Positions 46,876 through 56,539 of a stretch of 64,000 bases of DNA are shown one piece after another. The stretch comes from Planctomycetota bacterium (GTDB lineage Bacteria; Planctomycetota; Phycisphaerae; Phycisphaerales; Phycisphaeraceae): assembly GCA_039180025.1 (NCBI GenBank), contig JBCDDZ010000002.1, positions 15,057-79,056 of the forward strand, written 5' to 3'. Numbering within the stretch: position 1 is the first letter of the stretch; the number at the start of each line of letters is the position of its first letter. The notes below the pieces were generated by a model that saw nothing but the letters and a program-made list of their open reading frames with translations, was not told where the DNA came from and made no database searches. The translations under genes and the position numbers were made by a program.

Positions 46876-48023
46876 CCGAGGCACACACGGACGAGCCGCT
46901 GCGGATTAACTTCGTGCTGCCGGTGGCGGCGATCACGGGCGGGGTGCGCGTGGTCGCGATCTACGCCGAGCGGTTGGCGGCGCGGGGGCACCGGATCAAG
47001 GTGGTTTCGACGCCGCGCCGGCTCCCGTGGCGCCGCCGGCTGCGGCGCGTGATCGACGGCCGGGGCTACGCGTCACACCTGCCCGCGGCGCGGTCGCACT
47101 TCGACGGGCTGGGGCTGGACCACGAAGTGATCTCGACCCGCCGACCGGTTACGGACGACGACCTGCCGGACGCGGACGTCACGGTGGCGACCTGGTGGAA
47201 GACCGCGAACTGGGTCCAGGCGCTCTCGCCGGCCAAGGGCGCGAAGGTCCACTTCGTACAGCACGACGAGCGGGCGATGGGGCCGGAGCACACGGCCGGC
47301 GCCGAGGCGGCGTGGCGGCTGCCGATGCCCAAGGTGCTGGTGGCGCAGTGGCTCGAGCCCGTGCTGCGGGAGCATGGGGGTGCCGGGCCGTGCACGGTGG
47401 TGGCCAACGCGGTGGACACCGGGCAGTTTTTCGCGCCGCCCCGGGAGCGGAACGCGGTGCCGCGGGTGGGGCTGATGTATTCGGATTCGGCGTTCAAGGG
47501 GGTCGACGTGGCGATCGCGGCCTACGAAAAAGCCCGGGAGCGGCTGCCGGGGCTGCGGCTGACCGCGTTTGGTCAGGACAGTCCGTACCCGCACCTGCCG
47601 CTGCCCGGAGGCACGGACTACGAACAGAACCCGGCGCAGGAACGGCTGCGTGAGCTGTACGCGGCGTGTGACGCCTGGCTGTTTGCCAGCCGGTGCGAAG
47701 GGTTCGGGCTCCCGATCCTCGAGGCGATGGCCTGCCGGACGCCGGTGATCGGGACGCCCACGGGCGCGGCGCCGGAACTGATCGGGGCGGGGGGCGGCCG
47801 GCTGGTCGAGATGGGATCCGCCGACGCGATGGCGTCGGCGATCGCGGAACTCTGCGGTGGGCCGGAGGCGGCGTGGCGGTCGGCGTCGGACCGGGCGTAC
47901 GCGACGGCGACCGGCTACACCTGGGACGACGCGACGTCGGCGTTCGAGGCGGCGCTGCGCCGCGCAGTGGCGGCGGACCGAGTCGAAGCCGGTGTCGGGG
48001 TCGGCGTAGCAACTAACCGATAG
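46872..48023 (+). CDS. GT4 glycosyltransferase
   Basis: ITGGVRVV, ATWWKT, FKGVD, EGFGLPILEAMAC. Confidence 0.9.
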   Translation: MTEAHTDEPLRINFVLPVAAITGGVRVVAIYAERLAARGHRIKVVSTPRRLPWRRRLRRVIDGRGYASHLPAARSHFDGLGLDHEVISTRRPVTDDDLPDADVTVATWWKTANWVQALSPAKGAKVHFVQHDERAMGPEHTAGAEAAWRLPMPKVLVAQWLEPVLREHGGAGPCTVVANAVDTGQFFAPPRERNAVPRVGLMYSDSAFKGVDVAIAAYEKARERLPGLRLTAFGQDSPYPHLPLPGGTDYEQNPAQERLRELYAACDAWLFASRCEGFGLPILEAMACRTPVIGTPTGAAPELIGAGGGRLVEMGSADAMASAIAELCGGPEAAWRSASDRAYATATGYTWDDATSAFEAALRRAVAADRVEAGVGVGVATNR

Positions 48024-48030
48024 GAAGCGT

Positions 48031-49518
48031 ATGCAATGGTTAGCGACAACGGCGTTGTGGGGCATGGTACCGGTCGTGCTGGTGCTGTTCCTGTTCCTGC
48101 CCCCGCGGCGGGCGGTGCTGGTGTCGATGATCGGCGCGTGGCTGTTCCTGCCGCAGTTGGCGATCAGCATGCAACTGGTGCCCGACTACACGAAGATGAC
48201 CGCGACGTGCTACGGGATCATCCTGGGCGCACTGCTGCTGGACCCGGAGAGCCGGGTGCTCAAGTTCAAGCCGTTGTGGATCGACCTGCCGATCCTGGTG
48301 TGGTGCGTGTGCCCGTTTTTCACCTCGATCTCGAACGACCTGGGGGCGTACGACGGGGCGTCGGCGGTGGTCGGGCGGATGATCAAGGACGGCCTGCCCT
48401 ACCTGATCGGCCGGCTGTATTTCCGGACGCTCGAAGACGTGAAAGACTTCGCGCTGGGCATCGTGCTCGGGGGGATCGTGTACGTGCCTTTCTGCCTGTA
48501 CGAGATCCGGATGAGCCCGCACCTGCACGAGATGCTCTACGGGTTCCGGCCGTTTTCGGACTGGGCCCAGGCGAAGCGGTGGGGCGGCTTCCGGCCGACG
48601 GTGTTCATGAAACACGGTCTGGCGGTGGGGGTCTGGATGACGACGACCGCGGCGATGGCGTTCTGGCTGTGGCGGACGCGGTCGATGAAGCAGGTTTTGG
48701 GCGTGCCGATGCTGGTGATCGTGCCGGTGATGGTGCTGACCGCGGTGCTGTGCAAGGCCGCGGGGGCGATCATCCTGTTTTCCGGGATCATGGCGGCGAT
48801 GCTGGCGGTGCGTTTTTTCGGCACCAAGAAGCTGATGATGGGGCTGGTGATCCTCGTGCCGGTGTTCCTGGGGCTGCGGGCGACGCAAGTCTTTACGGGC
48901 ACGGACCTGGCGGTGTGGATCGAAGGCAATGTGCCGCTGATGGAGCAGCGGGCCAAGTCGCTGCGTTTCCGGATGGACCACGAAAACGCGATCGTCCAGC
49001 GGGCCTACGAGCGGCCGCTGCTGGGCTGGGGCGGGTGGAGCCGGGCGTTTGACACTTACCTCGAAGAGTACCGCTCGTTCGCGGTGCCGGATAGCCTATG
49101 GGTGCGGACGTTCGGGCAGAACGGAGTGGTGGGGCTGACGGCGTTGTATTCGCTGTACCTGGTGCCGTTGTGGCTGCTGCTGCGGAAATTGAAGGCCAAG
49201 GAATGGTCTGGGCCGGACGTCGCGCCGCTGACGGGCCTGGGGATGATCTGCCTGATCTTCGCAATGGACGGGCTGTTTAACAACATGGAGAACCCGGTGT
49301 TCGTCGTGGCGATCGGTGCGGTTTCGACGATGGCGGCGATGGTGCAGCGGGTGCCCAAGGCCCAGCCCGCGCGGCCGGACACCCCCCGGGGCCCGGCGGG
49401 GGACACGGACGAGCACGACGGGCCGCTGGGCGACCTGGGACTGGCCGGCGGGGGCGAACCCCTGATCCTGGTGGACCCGCCGATGGCGGACGGCCGCGGC
49501 TCGGGGGGGCTTTCGTGA
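48031..49518 (+). CDS. O-antigen ligase/Wzy-like polymerase
   Basis: 10-12 TM helices; periplasmic RAKSLRFR...RPLLGWGGW loop typical of the Wzy_C/O-antigen ligase family. Confidence 0.8.
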   Translation: MQWLATTALWGMVPVVLVLFLFLPPRRAVLVSMIGAWLFLPQLAISMQLVPDYTKMTATCYGIILGALLLDPESRVLKFKPLWIDLPILVWCVCPFFTSISNDLGAYDGASAVVGRMIKDGLPYLIGRLYFRTLEDVKDFALGIVLGGIVYVPFCLYEIRMSPHLHEMLYGFRPFSDWAQAKRWGGFRPTVFMKHGLAVGVWMTTTAAMAFWLWRTRSMKQVLGVPMLVIVPVMVLTAVLCKAAGAIILFSGIMAAMLAVRFFGTKKLMMGLVILVPVFLGLRATQVFTGTDLAVWIEGNVPLMEQRAKSLRFRMDHENAIVQRAYERPLLGWGGWSRAFDTYLEEYRSFAVPDSLWVRTFGQNGVVGLTALYSLYLVPLWLLLRKLKAKEWSGPDVAPLTGLGMICLIFAMDGLFNNMENPVFVVAIGAVSTMAAMVQRVPKAQPARPDTPRGPAGDTDEHDGPLGDLGLAGGGEPLILVDPPMADGRGSGGLS

Positions 49519-50591
49519 CGACGAACGTGCGGCCAGCACCGGGGGAGACGGGGGGACCCGGCGGTTCGGGCTCGGCCCCCGCGGGAGCGGTGCGGCCGGA
49601 CACGGGGTCGGCCTCCGCCACACGGACCCGAGTGGTGATTGTGAATTACCGGACCGCCGCGCTGACGATCGACTGTCTCGCGTCGCTGGCCCCCGAGGCG
49701 GCGGCGGACCCGGGCCTGGAAGTCGCTGTAGTCGAAGGCGGCAGCGGCGACGACTCGGCCGCGGTGCTCCGGGCGGCGATCGACGACCGTGGCTGGGGCG
49801 GCTGGGCCCGGCTGAGCGTGCAGGAACAGAACACCGGGTTCGCCGGCGGGAACAACGCGGCGATCGAACCGGCCCTTGCCGAAGACTCGCCGCCGGACTA
49901 CGTGCTGCTGCTCAACCCCGACACCGTCATACGCCCCGGAGCGATCGCGACGCTGCTGCGCTTCATGGCAGACCACCCCGCCGTGGGCCTTGCCGGCAGC
50001 CGGCTCGAAGACCCCGACGGCACGCCGCAGAACTCGGCGTTCCGCTTCCCCTCGGTGTGGAGCAACCTCGAAGGCGCGATCCGTTTCGGACCGGTCAGCC
50101 GGCTGCTCAAAAACCATATCGTGGCGACGCCCGCCCGAGACGAACCACACCGCACCGACTGGCTCGCCGGCGCGTCGCTGATCGTCCGCCGCGACGTGTT
50201 CGACGCCGTCGGCCTGCTCGACGACCGCTACTTCATGTACTTCGAAGAGACCGACTTCTGCCTCGCCGCCGCCCGCGCCGGCTTCGAGGCCTGGTACGTC
50301 CCCGGCAGCCGGGTTGTCCACCTCGTCGGCGCCGCCTCAGGCGTCACCGCCAGGAACACTACCGGCAAACCCGCCCGGCGGCGCCCCGCCTACTGGTTCG
50401 AGTCCCGTCGCCGCTATTTCGTCAAAAACCACGGCAAGCTTACCGCCGCCGCCGCCGACGCCGCCTGGATCATCGGTTTCACCCTCCACCGCCTCCGCGT
50501 CAAACTCACCGCCCGCCCCGACACCGACCCCGAACACATGCTCACCGACTTCGTCCGCCACAGCGTCTTCGCCCGCGGCTTCAAAACCTAA
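49515..50591 (+). CDS. GT2 glycosyltransferase
   Basis: VVIVNYRT, NTGFAGGNN, LLLNPD, YFMYFEETDFC. Confidence 0.9.
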   Translation: MTTNVRPAPGETGGPGGSGSAPAGAVRPDTGSASATRTRVVIVNYRTAALTIDCLASLAPEAAADPGLEVAVVEGGSGDDSAAVLRAAIDDRGWGGWARLSVQEQNTGFAGGNNAAIEPALAEDSPPDYVLLLNPDTVIRPGAIATLLRFMADHPAVGLAGSRLEDPDGTPQNSAFRFPSVWSNLEGAIRFGPVSRLLKNHIVATPARDEPHRTDWLAGASLIVRRDVFDAVGLLDDRYFMYFEETDFCLAAARAGFEAWYVPGSRVVHLVGAASGVTARNTTGKPARRRPAYWFESRRRYFVKNHGKLTAAAADAAWIIGFTLHRLRVKLTARPDTDPEHMLTDFVRHSVFARGFKT

Positions 50592-50629
50592 CTTTCCACT
50601 TAGCCTCGCCCGCCGTTTGCGGTTTAGCC

Positions 50630-51193
50630 ATGCCCGACCAGGACCCCCAACCCGGCCTCTTCGCCCAGATCCGCGAGGACCACGCCGCGCACCGCCGCGA
50701 CTGGACCCGTCCGGGCTTCCGCGCCGTCGCCGTCCACCGCTTCGGCGTCTGGCGCATGGGCGTCCGCCCCAAGCTCCTGCGCGCCCCGCTCAGCGTGCTC
50801 TACCGCGCCCTCTACCGCCGCGTGCGCAACCGTTACGGCATCGAGCTGCCGTACTCCGCCGCCCTCGGCCGACGCGTGGTCATCGAGCACCAGTCCGGCA
50901 TCGTGATCCACGGCAACGCCGTCATCGGCGACGGCTGCGTCCTCCGTCAAAACGTCACCCTCGGCCTACGCCACGAAGACCGCCCCGACGACGCCCCCGT
51001 CCTCGGCCGCGGCGTCAGCGTCGGTGCCGGCGCGGTGATCCTCGGCAAGGTCCACCTCGGCGATGGGGCGCAGATCGGGGCCAACGCCGTGGTCGTCAAG
51101 GACGTGCCCGCCGGGTCCACCGCCGTGGGCATCCCCGCCCGCGTCCTGCCCCTGCCCGCCGCCCCGCACAAGATTGAGGAGGCCGGCGCATGA
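50630..51193 (+). CDS. Hexapeptide-repeat O-acetyltransferase (serine acetyltransferase/WcaB-like)
   Basis: YGIELP...IEHQSGIVIHGNAVIGDGCVLRQNVTLG...GAGAVILG..IGANAVV..AVGIPAR. Confidence 0.88.
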   Translation: MPDQDPQPGLFAQIREDHAAHRRDWTRPGFRAVAVHRFGVWRMGVRPKLLRAPLSVLYRALYRRVRNRYGIELPYSAALGRRVVIEHQSGIVIHGNAVIGDGCVLRQNVTLGLRHEDRPDDAPVLGRGVSVGAGAVILGKVHLGDGAQIGANAVVVKDVPAGSTAVGIPARVLPLPAAPHKIEEAGA

Positions 51194-52281
51194 GCGACTC
51201 TTCTTCCGTTTCTACGCCGACGCGTGCGCCGCTTCCGGGGGTCGGGGCGGTCGCGATCGGCCGCAACGAGGGCGAACGTCTCCGCGCCTGCCTGAAGTCG
51301 CTGGTCGGCCGCGCCGCCGCGGTGGTCTACGTCGACTCCGGGTCGACCGACGGCAGCGTCGAACTGGCCCGGTCGCTGGGCGTCGAGGTCGTCAGACTCG
51401 ATCTGTCCGTGCCGTTTACCGCCGCCCGCGCCCGCAACGAAGGCTCCGCCCGCGTGCAGGACATCCTCCCCAGCGTTGAGTTCGTCCAGATGGTCGACGG
51501 CGACTGCGAGGTCGTCGACGGCTGGCTCGACCAAGCCGTCAACGCCCTGCAACGCAACGAAAAACTCGCCGTGGTCTGCGGCCGCCGGCGTGAACGGTTC
51601 CCGGAGGCGACGGTTTACAACCGCCTGGCCGACATGGAGTGGGACACCCCGATCGGGATCGCCCGGTCGTGCGGTGGCGACGCGCTGTTCCGCGCTGCGG
51701 CCCTCGTCGAGGTCGGCGGGTACGACCCGGCGGTGATCGCCGGCGAAGAACCCGAGATGTGTGTCCGCCTCCGGCAGGCCGGCTGGCTCATCGAACGCCT
51801 CGACGCCGAGATGACGCTGCATGACGCGGCGATGACGAAGTTCAGCCAGTGGTGGAAACGCAGCGTCCGCGCCGGCTACGCCTGCGCCCAGGGCGCGGCG
51901 ATGCACGGCAAGACCGACGGGCACAATGTCCGGCAGCTCCAGAGCATCTACCTCTGGGGGATGATCGCGCCGGCGATCACCACGCTGATCCTGCTCGCGG
52001 CGCTGTTCGAAGCGGTGGCCCGGCCCGCGGCGGGGCTGTGGCTGATCTGGGCCGCGATGTTTGCCGTCAACGTGTCGATGTACCTGAGGCTCGCCCACCG
52101 CATCCGGCGGTATCGGGCCGGGCGGGGCGAAGCCCCTAGGCACGCGGCGCTCTACGCCCGGTTCACCGTGCTGGGCAAGTTCGCCAACGCGGCGGGCGTG
52201 TGGCGGTACCGCAAGAACCGGCTGCTGAACCGCCAGGCCCGGATCATCGAATACAAAACCGTGGAGAACCGTCCCGCGTGA
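51190..52281 (+). CDS. GT2 glycosyltransferase with C-terminal TM helices
   Basis: AIGRNEG, YVDSGSTD, MVDGD, AGEEPEMC. Confidence 0.88.
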   Translation: MSDSSSVSTPTRAPLPGVGAVAIGRNEGERLRACLKSLVGRAAAVVYVDSGSTDGSVELARSLGVEVVRLDLSVPFTAARARNEGSARVQDILPSVEFVQMVDGDCEVVDGWLDQAVNALQRNEKLAVVCGRRRERFPEATVYNRLADMEWDTPIGIARSCGGDALFRAAALVEVGGYDPAVIAGEEPEMCVRLRQAGWLIERLDAEMTLHDAAMTKFSQWWKRSVRAGYACAQGAAMHGKTDGHNVRQLQSIYLWGMIAPAITTLILLAALFEAVARPAAGLWLIWAAMFAVNVSMYLRLAHRIRRYRAGRGEAPRHAALYARFTVLGKFANAAGVWRYRKNRLLNRQARIIEYKTVENRPA

Positions 52282-53552
52282 GCGACCCGGCCCCGCACAT
52301 CCTCTACGTCGGCTCGGTGCTGCCCAAACGCAGCGAAACCTTCGTCTACCGCGAAGTTTTGGGTTTGCGCCGCCGCGGGGTCCGGGTGAGCCTCGCGTCG
52401 GTCAACGCGCCGGAAACCGACCTGGGCACGCCCGAACTCGACGCGCTCGCGGCCGAAGCCGTGCACGTCTACGGCCGCGGCTGGCGCGGCAAGCTCGCGG
52501 TACAGTTCGATGCATACCGGAGGCGTGCGTGGCGGCCCGCCCGCGGGTTGTTCGAGACGTCGCCGACGTACTGGCCCAAGTACCTGCTCCAGTGCGAGGC
52601 GGGGTACGCGCTGGCCCACCGGGTCCGGGACCGGGGGGTCACGCACGTCCACGCGCACATGGCCCACGTGCCGACCACGGTCGCGATGACCTGCGCCGAG
52701 GCGCTGGGGGTGCCGATGAGTTTCACGGGGCACGCGGCGGACCTGTTTCGGGACCGGTCGGCGCTGCGGACCAAGCTGCGGCGGGCGGCGTTCGTGGCGT
52801 GTATCAGCGAGTGGCACCGCGGGTTTTACCAATCTTTCGAGCCCTCGCTGGCGGATTCGGCGCTGCCGATCGTGCGCTGCGGGGTGGACCTGGACGAGTT
52901 CACGGCGGTGGACCCGGGCGCGGGCGGCGAGCTGCTCGCGGTGGGCCGGCTGGTGCCGAAGAAGGGGTTCGATGTCTTGATCCGGGCCCTGGCGGCGGCG
53001 GGGTCCGATGGGCAGAGCCCGGACGCCACGGACATGCGGCTGACGATCGTGGGCGGCGGGCCCGAGGACGCGGCGCTGCGGGCGCTGGCGCAGGAGCTGG
53101 GGGTGAGCGGCCGGGTCACGTTCGCCGGGTCGGAACCGAACCACGTGGTGCGAGAGCGGATGGGGCGGGCGGCGGCGGTGGTGCTGCCCTGCCGGGAGGC
53201 GTCGGACGGGGACCGGGACGGGATCCCGGTGGTGCTGATGGAGGCGATGGCGCGGGGGCTGGCGGTGGTGAGCGGCGACCTGGTGACGATCCGCGAGCTG
53301 GTGACCGATAATACGACCGGGTTGATGGTGGAGCCGGGGTCGGTCGATAGGTTGCGTGACGCGTTGGTGCGCTTGTGGCGTGACCCCGGGGAGCGTCGTC
53401 GGCTGGGTGAGGCGGGTCGGCGGCGGGTTGTTGAGGAGTTTTCGATGTCGGTAAACCTGGACCGTTTGGAAGCCGCGTTTGCGGCGGCCACGCGTTCTAC
53501 GCGTGCGGCGGGGCCTCTGCCCGTCGCGCCGGGGGGGCACGCCCATGCCTGA
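52278..53552 (+). CDS. GT4 glycosyltransferase (WcaL-like)
   Basis: LPKRSETFVYREV, HVHAH, VGRLVPKKG, DGIPVVLMEAMA. Confidence 0.9.
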   Translation: MSDPAPHILYVGSVLPKRSETFVYREVLGLRRRGVRVSLASVNAPETDLGTPELDALAAEAVHVYGRGWRGKLAVQFDAYRRRAWRPARGLFETSPTYWPKYLLQCEAGYALAHRVRDRGVTHVHAHMAHVPTTVAMTCAEALGVPMSFTGHAADLFRDRSALRTKLRRAAFVACISEWHRGFYQSFEPSLADSALPIVRCGVDLDEFTAVDPGAGGELLAVGRLVPKKGFDVLIRALAAAGSDGQSPDATDMRLTIVGGGPEDAALRALAQELGVSGRVTFAGSEPNHVVRERMGRAAAVVLPCREASDGDRDGIPVVLMEAMARGLAVVSGDLVTIRELVTDNTTGLMVEPGSVDRLRDALVRLWRDPGERRRLGEAGRRRVVEEFSMSVNLDRLEAAFAAATRSTRAAGPLPVAPGGHAHA

Positions 53553-54609
53553 ACCGAGCCGACGGTACTGCCTGATCAGCCCGACGCGGGACGAGGCGGC
53601 GTTTGCGCGGCGGACGCTCGACAGTGTCTGCGCGCAGAGCGTGCGGCCGGCGAAATGGGTCATTGTGGACGACGGGAGCACGGACGCGACCCCGCAGATC
53701 CTGGCGGAGTACGCGGCGCAGTTCGATTTTATCGAGGTGGTCACGCGGACCGACCGGGGTGAGCGGAAGGTCGGCCCGGGGGTGATCGATGCGTTCTACG
53801 CGGGCTACGAGACGATCGACCCGGCGGCGTTCGACTACGTGTGCAAGCTCGACCTGGACCTGGACCTGCCGGCGGCGTACTTTGAGACGCTGATGCAGCG
53901 GATGGAGGCCCAGCCGCGGATCGGGACCTGCTCGGGCAAGGCCTACTACCCCGCCCCCGGCGAGGGGACTTTCGAAAAAGGCTTCGACGCTCAGCTTGTC
54001 TCCGAGGCGTGCGGCGACGAGATGTCGGTGGGGATGATCAAGTTCTACCGGCGGGCGTGTTTCGAGGACATCGGCGGGTTCGTGCGGCAGGTGATGTGGG
54101 ACGGGATCGACTGCCACCGTTGCCGGATGAACGGCTGGATCGCGCGGTCGTGGGACGACGCGGCGCTGCGGTTCCTGCACCTGCGGCCGATGGGTTCGAG
54201 CCACAAGGGCGTGCTGACCGGGCGGATGCGGCACGGGTTCGGGCAGTGGTTTATGGGGACCGGCCCGGCGTACATGGCGGCGAGCGCGGCGTTCCGCATG
54301 ACCCGGCCGCCGGCGGTCGTCGGCGGGCTCGCGATGGGTTGGGGGTACCTGCGGGCGATGCTGGCCGGCGAGCCGCGGTACGACGACCCGGGGTTCCGGC
54401 GGTTCCTGCGCCGCTACCAATGGGCATGTCTGATGAAAGGCAAGGCCGCGGCCACCGCGGCGATCGACCAGGCCAACCTGCAGCGGGGCGACCCCCCGGA
54501 ACCGCCGGACGCGGCCGAACCAAGCACCACGGAAGACCACGGCGCCGATCGGGGCGCTTCGACACCACCGGCCGGGCCCCGCCCCGCCACGATAGGGGGC
54601 TCACCATGA
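53545..54609 (+). CDS. GT2 glycosyltransferase
   Basis: ISPTRDEA, IVDDGSTD, KLDLD, WDGID. Confidence 0.88.
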   Translation: MPEPSRRYCLISPTRDEAAFARRTLDSVCAQSVRPAKWVIVDDGSTDATPQILAEYAAQFDFIEVVTRTDRGERKVGPGVIDAFYAGYETIDPAAFDYVCKLDLDLDLPAAYFETLMQRMEAQPRIGTCSGKAYYPAPGEGTFEKGFDAQLVSEACGDEMSVGMIKFYRRACFEDIGGFVRQVMWDGIDCHRCRMNGWIARSWDDAALRFLHLRPMGSSHKGVLTGRMRHGFGQWFMGTGPAYMAASAAFRMTRPPAVVGGLAMGWGYLRAMLAGEPRYDDPGFRRFLRRYQWACLMKGKAAATAAIDQANLQRGDPPEPPDAAEPSTTEDHGADRGASTPPAGPRPATIGGSP

Positions 54610-55697
54610 CACACAACCCACCACGCAAGCTCGAAGCGCAGCCCCCGGACCCGACGGGGATCGACGTGTCGATCTGCGTCCCGGTGTTCAACGAGGAGGG
54701 CAGCGTCGCGAAGCTTTATGAAGAGATCGCCGCGGTGATGGACGCCGGGGCGTACCGCTACGAGGCGATCTTCGTCAGCGACGGGTCGTGGGACGAGTCC
54801 GTGACCCGGCTCCGGGCGGCGGCGGCGGACGACCCGCGGGTCACGGTGATCGAGCTGATGCGGAACTTCGGCCAGACCGCGGCGATGGCCGCGGGGTTCG
54901 ATGCGGCCCGGGGCGCGGTGATCGTGCCCATGGACGGCGACCTCCAGAACGACCCGGCGGACATCCCCAAGCTCGTGGCCAAGCTCGACGAGAACGGCGA
55001 CGCCCCGGGCCGATGGGACATCGTTAGCGGCTGGCGCAAAGACCGAAAAGACGGCGCGCTCCTGCGTAAGCTCCCCTCGAAGATCGCTAACAAACTCATC
55101 AAGCGTTTGACCTGGACCACCGAGATCAACGACTTCGGCTGTTCGCTCAAAGCCTACCGGCAGGAGGTGCTCGAAGACGTGACGCTTTACGGCGAGATGC
55201 ATCGGTTCCTCCCGGCGATCTGCAAGTGGCGCGGCGCCCGGGTCACGGACCAGGTGGTCAACCACCGGGCCCGGAAATTCGGCGCGAGTAAGTACGGCCT
55301 GAAGCGGACGTTCAAGGTGCTCCTGGACCTGCTGACCGTCAAGTTCCTGGGCGACTACGGGACCAAGCCGATCTACTTCTTCGGCAAGCTCGCGGCGTTC
55401 ACGCTGCTGGTGTCGTTCGTGGCGTTTGTCGTATCGATCCTCCAGAAGTTCGGGGTGATCTGGACGGAGAACGGCGAGCCGCTGAGCCTGAACCGAAACA
55501 TTTTTCTGCTGTTTTCGATGGTGACGTTCGTCATCAGCGTGATCTTTCTGATGATGGGGGTGCTCTCGGAATTGATGGTGCGGATCTATTACGAGAGCCA
55601 GTCACTGCGGCCTTACAAGGTGCGGCGGACCTACCGGGTTTCCGAGAACGACGACGCGGCGGTGGCGACGCCCGATGCGGCCACGAGCGCGGCGTGA
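54606..55697 (+). CDS. Polyprenyl-phosphate glycosyltransferase (GT2, ArnC/GtrB/DPM1-like)
   Basis: SICVPVFNEE, RNFGQTAAMAAG, MDGDLQNDPADIP, SGWRKDRKD, YGEMHRFLP, two C-terminal TM helices. Confidence 0.9.
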   Translation: MTHNPPRKLEAQPPDPTGIDVSICVPVFNEEGSVAKLYEEIAAVMDAGAYRYEAIFVSDGSWDESVTRLRAAAADDPRVTVIELMRNFGQTAAMAAGFDAARGAVIVPMDGDLQNDPADIPKLVAKLDENGDAPGRWDIVSGWRKDRKDGALLRKLPSKIANKLIKRLTWTTEINDFGCSLKAYRQEVLEDVTLYGEMHRFLPAICKWRGARVTDQVVNHRARKFGASKYGLKRTFKVLLDLLTVKFLGDYGTKPIYFFGKLAAFTLLVSFVAFVVSILQKFGVIWTENGEPLSLNRNIFLLFSMVTFVISVIFLMMGVLSELMVRIYYESQSLRPYKVRRTYRVSENDDAAVATPDAATSAA

Positions 55698-56539
55698 CCG
55701 CGGGGGGTGGAGCCTTGGTGATGACGGCACGGCAGAACGACACGGCAGAGCAAGCGGCGCAACCCGACGCGGCGAGGCGGTACGTCGATACCCACGTCCA
55801 CCTGCACGCGGTTTTCGACGTTGTGCGCTTTTTTGACGCGGCGGCGGCGCATTTCGCCGCGGCGGGCGCGGGGGGCCATGACGGGGTGCTGTGCCTGGCC
55901 GAGGTCGCGGGGGCCGGCGCGTTCGAGCGGCTACGGGAGCGGGGACAGGCGGGGCCCTGGCGGTTCGTGCCGCGGGGCCGCTGCGGCCTGGTGGCGGAAC
56001 GCGGCGACGGCGTCGGCGTCGGGGTGGTCGCGGGGCGGCAGGTGCGCTGCGACAACGGGCTGGAGGTTTTAGGGATCGGCGAGCCGCTGGATGACGTGGC
56101 GGACGGCCGGGGGTTTGAGGCCACCGTGGCGTCGGTGCGGGAACGCGGGGCGCTGACGGTGGTGCCCTACGGCGTGGGGAAATGGACCGGCAAGCGCGGG
56201 GCGCAGGTCCGGCGGCTGATCGAGGCGGGGCCGAAGGACGTCGCCTACGGAGACAACGGCGGCCGGGTGGGCTGGGGCGAGACCGCGCTGCTGAAGCGCG
56301 CCCGAGCGCACGGGCGGACGGTGCTGGTGGGCACGGACCCGCTCGCGCAGGGGCGGGGGGAGGCGCGGGCCGGGTCGTGGGGTGTGGTGACGCCGGTGGT
56401 GGACGGGCACGGGGCGGACGACGGCTGGGCCGAGCGGGTGGTGGCGGCGCTGCGGGGCGTCGGCCCGGCGGGCGAGACGTTCGGGCGGCGGCTGGGCGCG
56501 GTGGCCGGGGTGGTCCAGCAGATCGGAGCACGGCTGTGA
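55694..56539 (+). CDS. Hypothetical PHP/amidohydrolase-like metalloprotein
   Basis: N-terminal YVDTHVHLH (DxHxH) and late GTDP; overlaps both neighbours. Confidence 0.6.
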   Translation: MTAGGGALVMTARQNDTAEQAAQPDAARRYVDTHVHLHAVFDVVRFFDAAAAHFAAAGAGGHDGVLCLAEVAGAGAFERLRERGQAGPWRFVPRGRCGLVAERGDGVGVGVVAGRQVRCDNGLEVLGIGEPLDDVADGRGFEATVASVRERGALTVVPYGVGKWTGKRGAQVRRLIEAGPKDVAYGDNGGRVGWGETALLKRARAHGRTVLVGTDPLAQGRGEARAGSWGVVTPVVDGHGADDGWAERVVAALRGVGPAGETFGRRLGAVAGVVQQIGARL

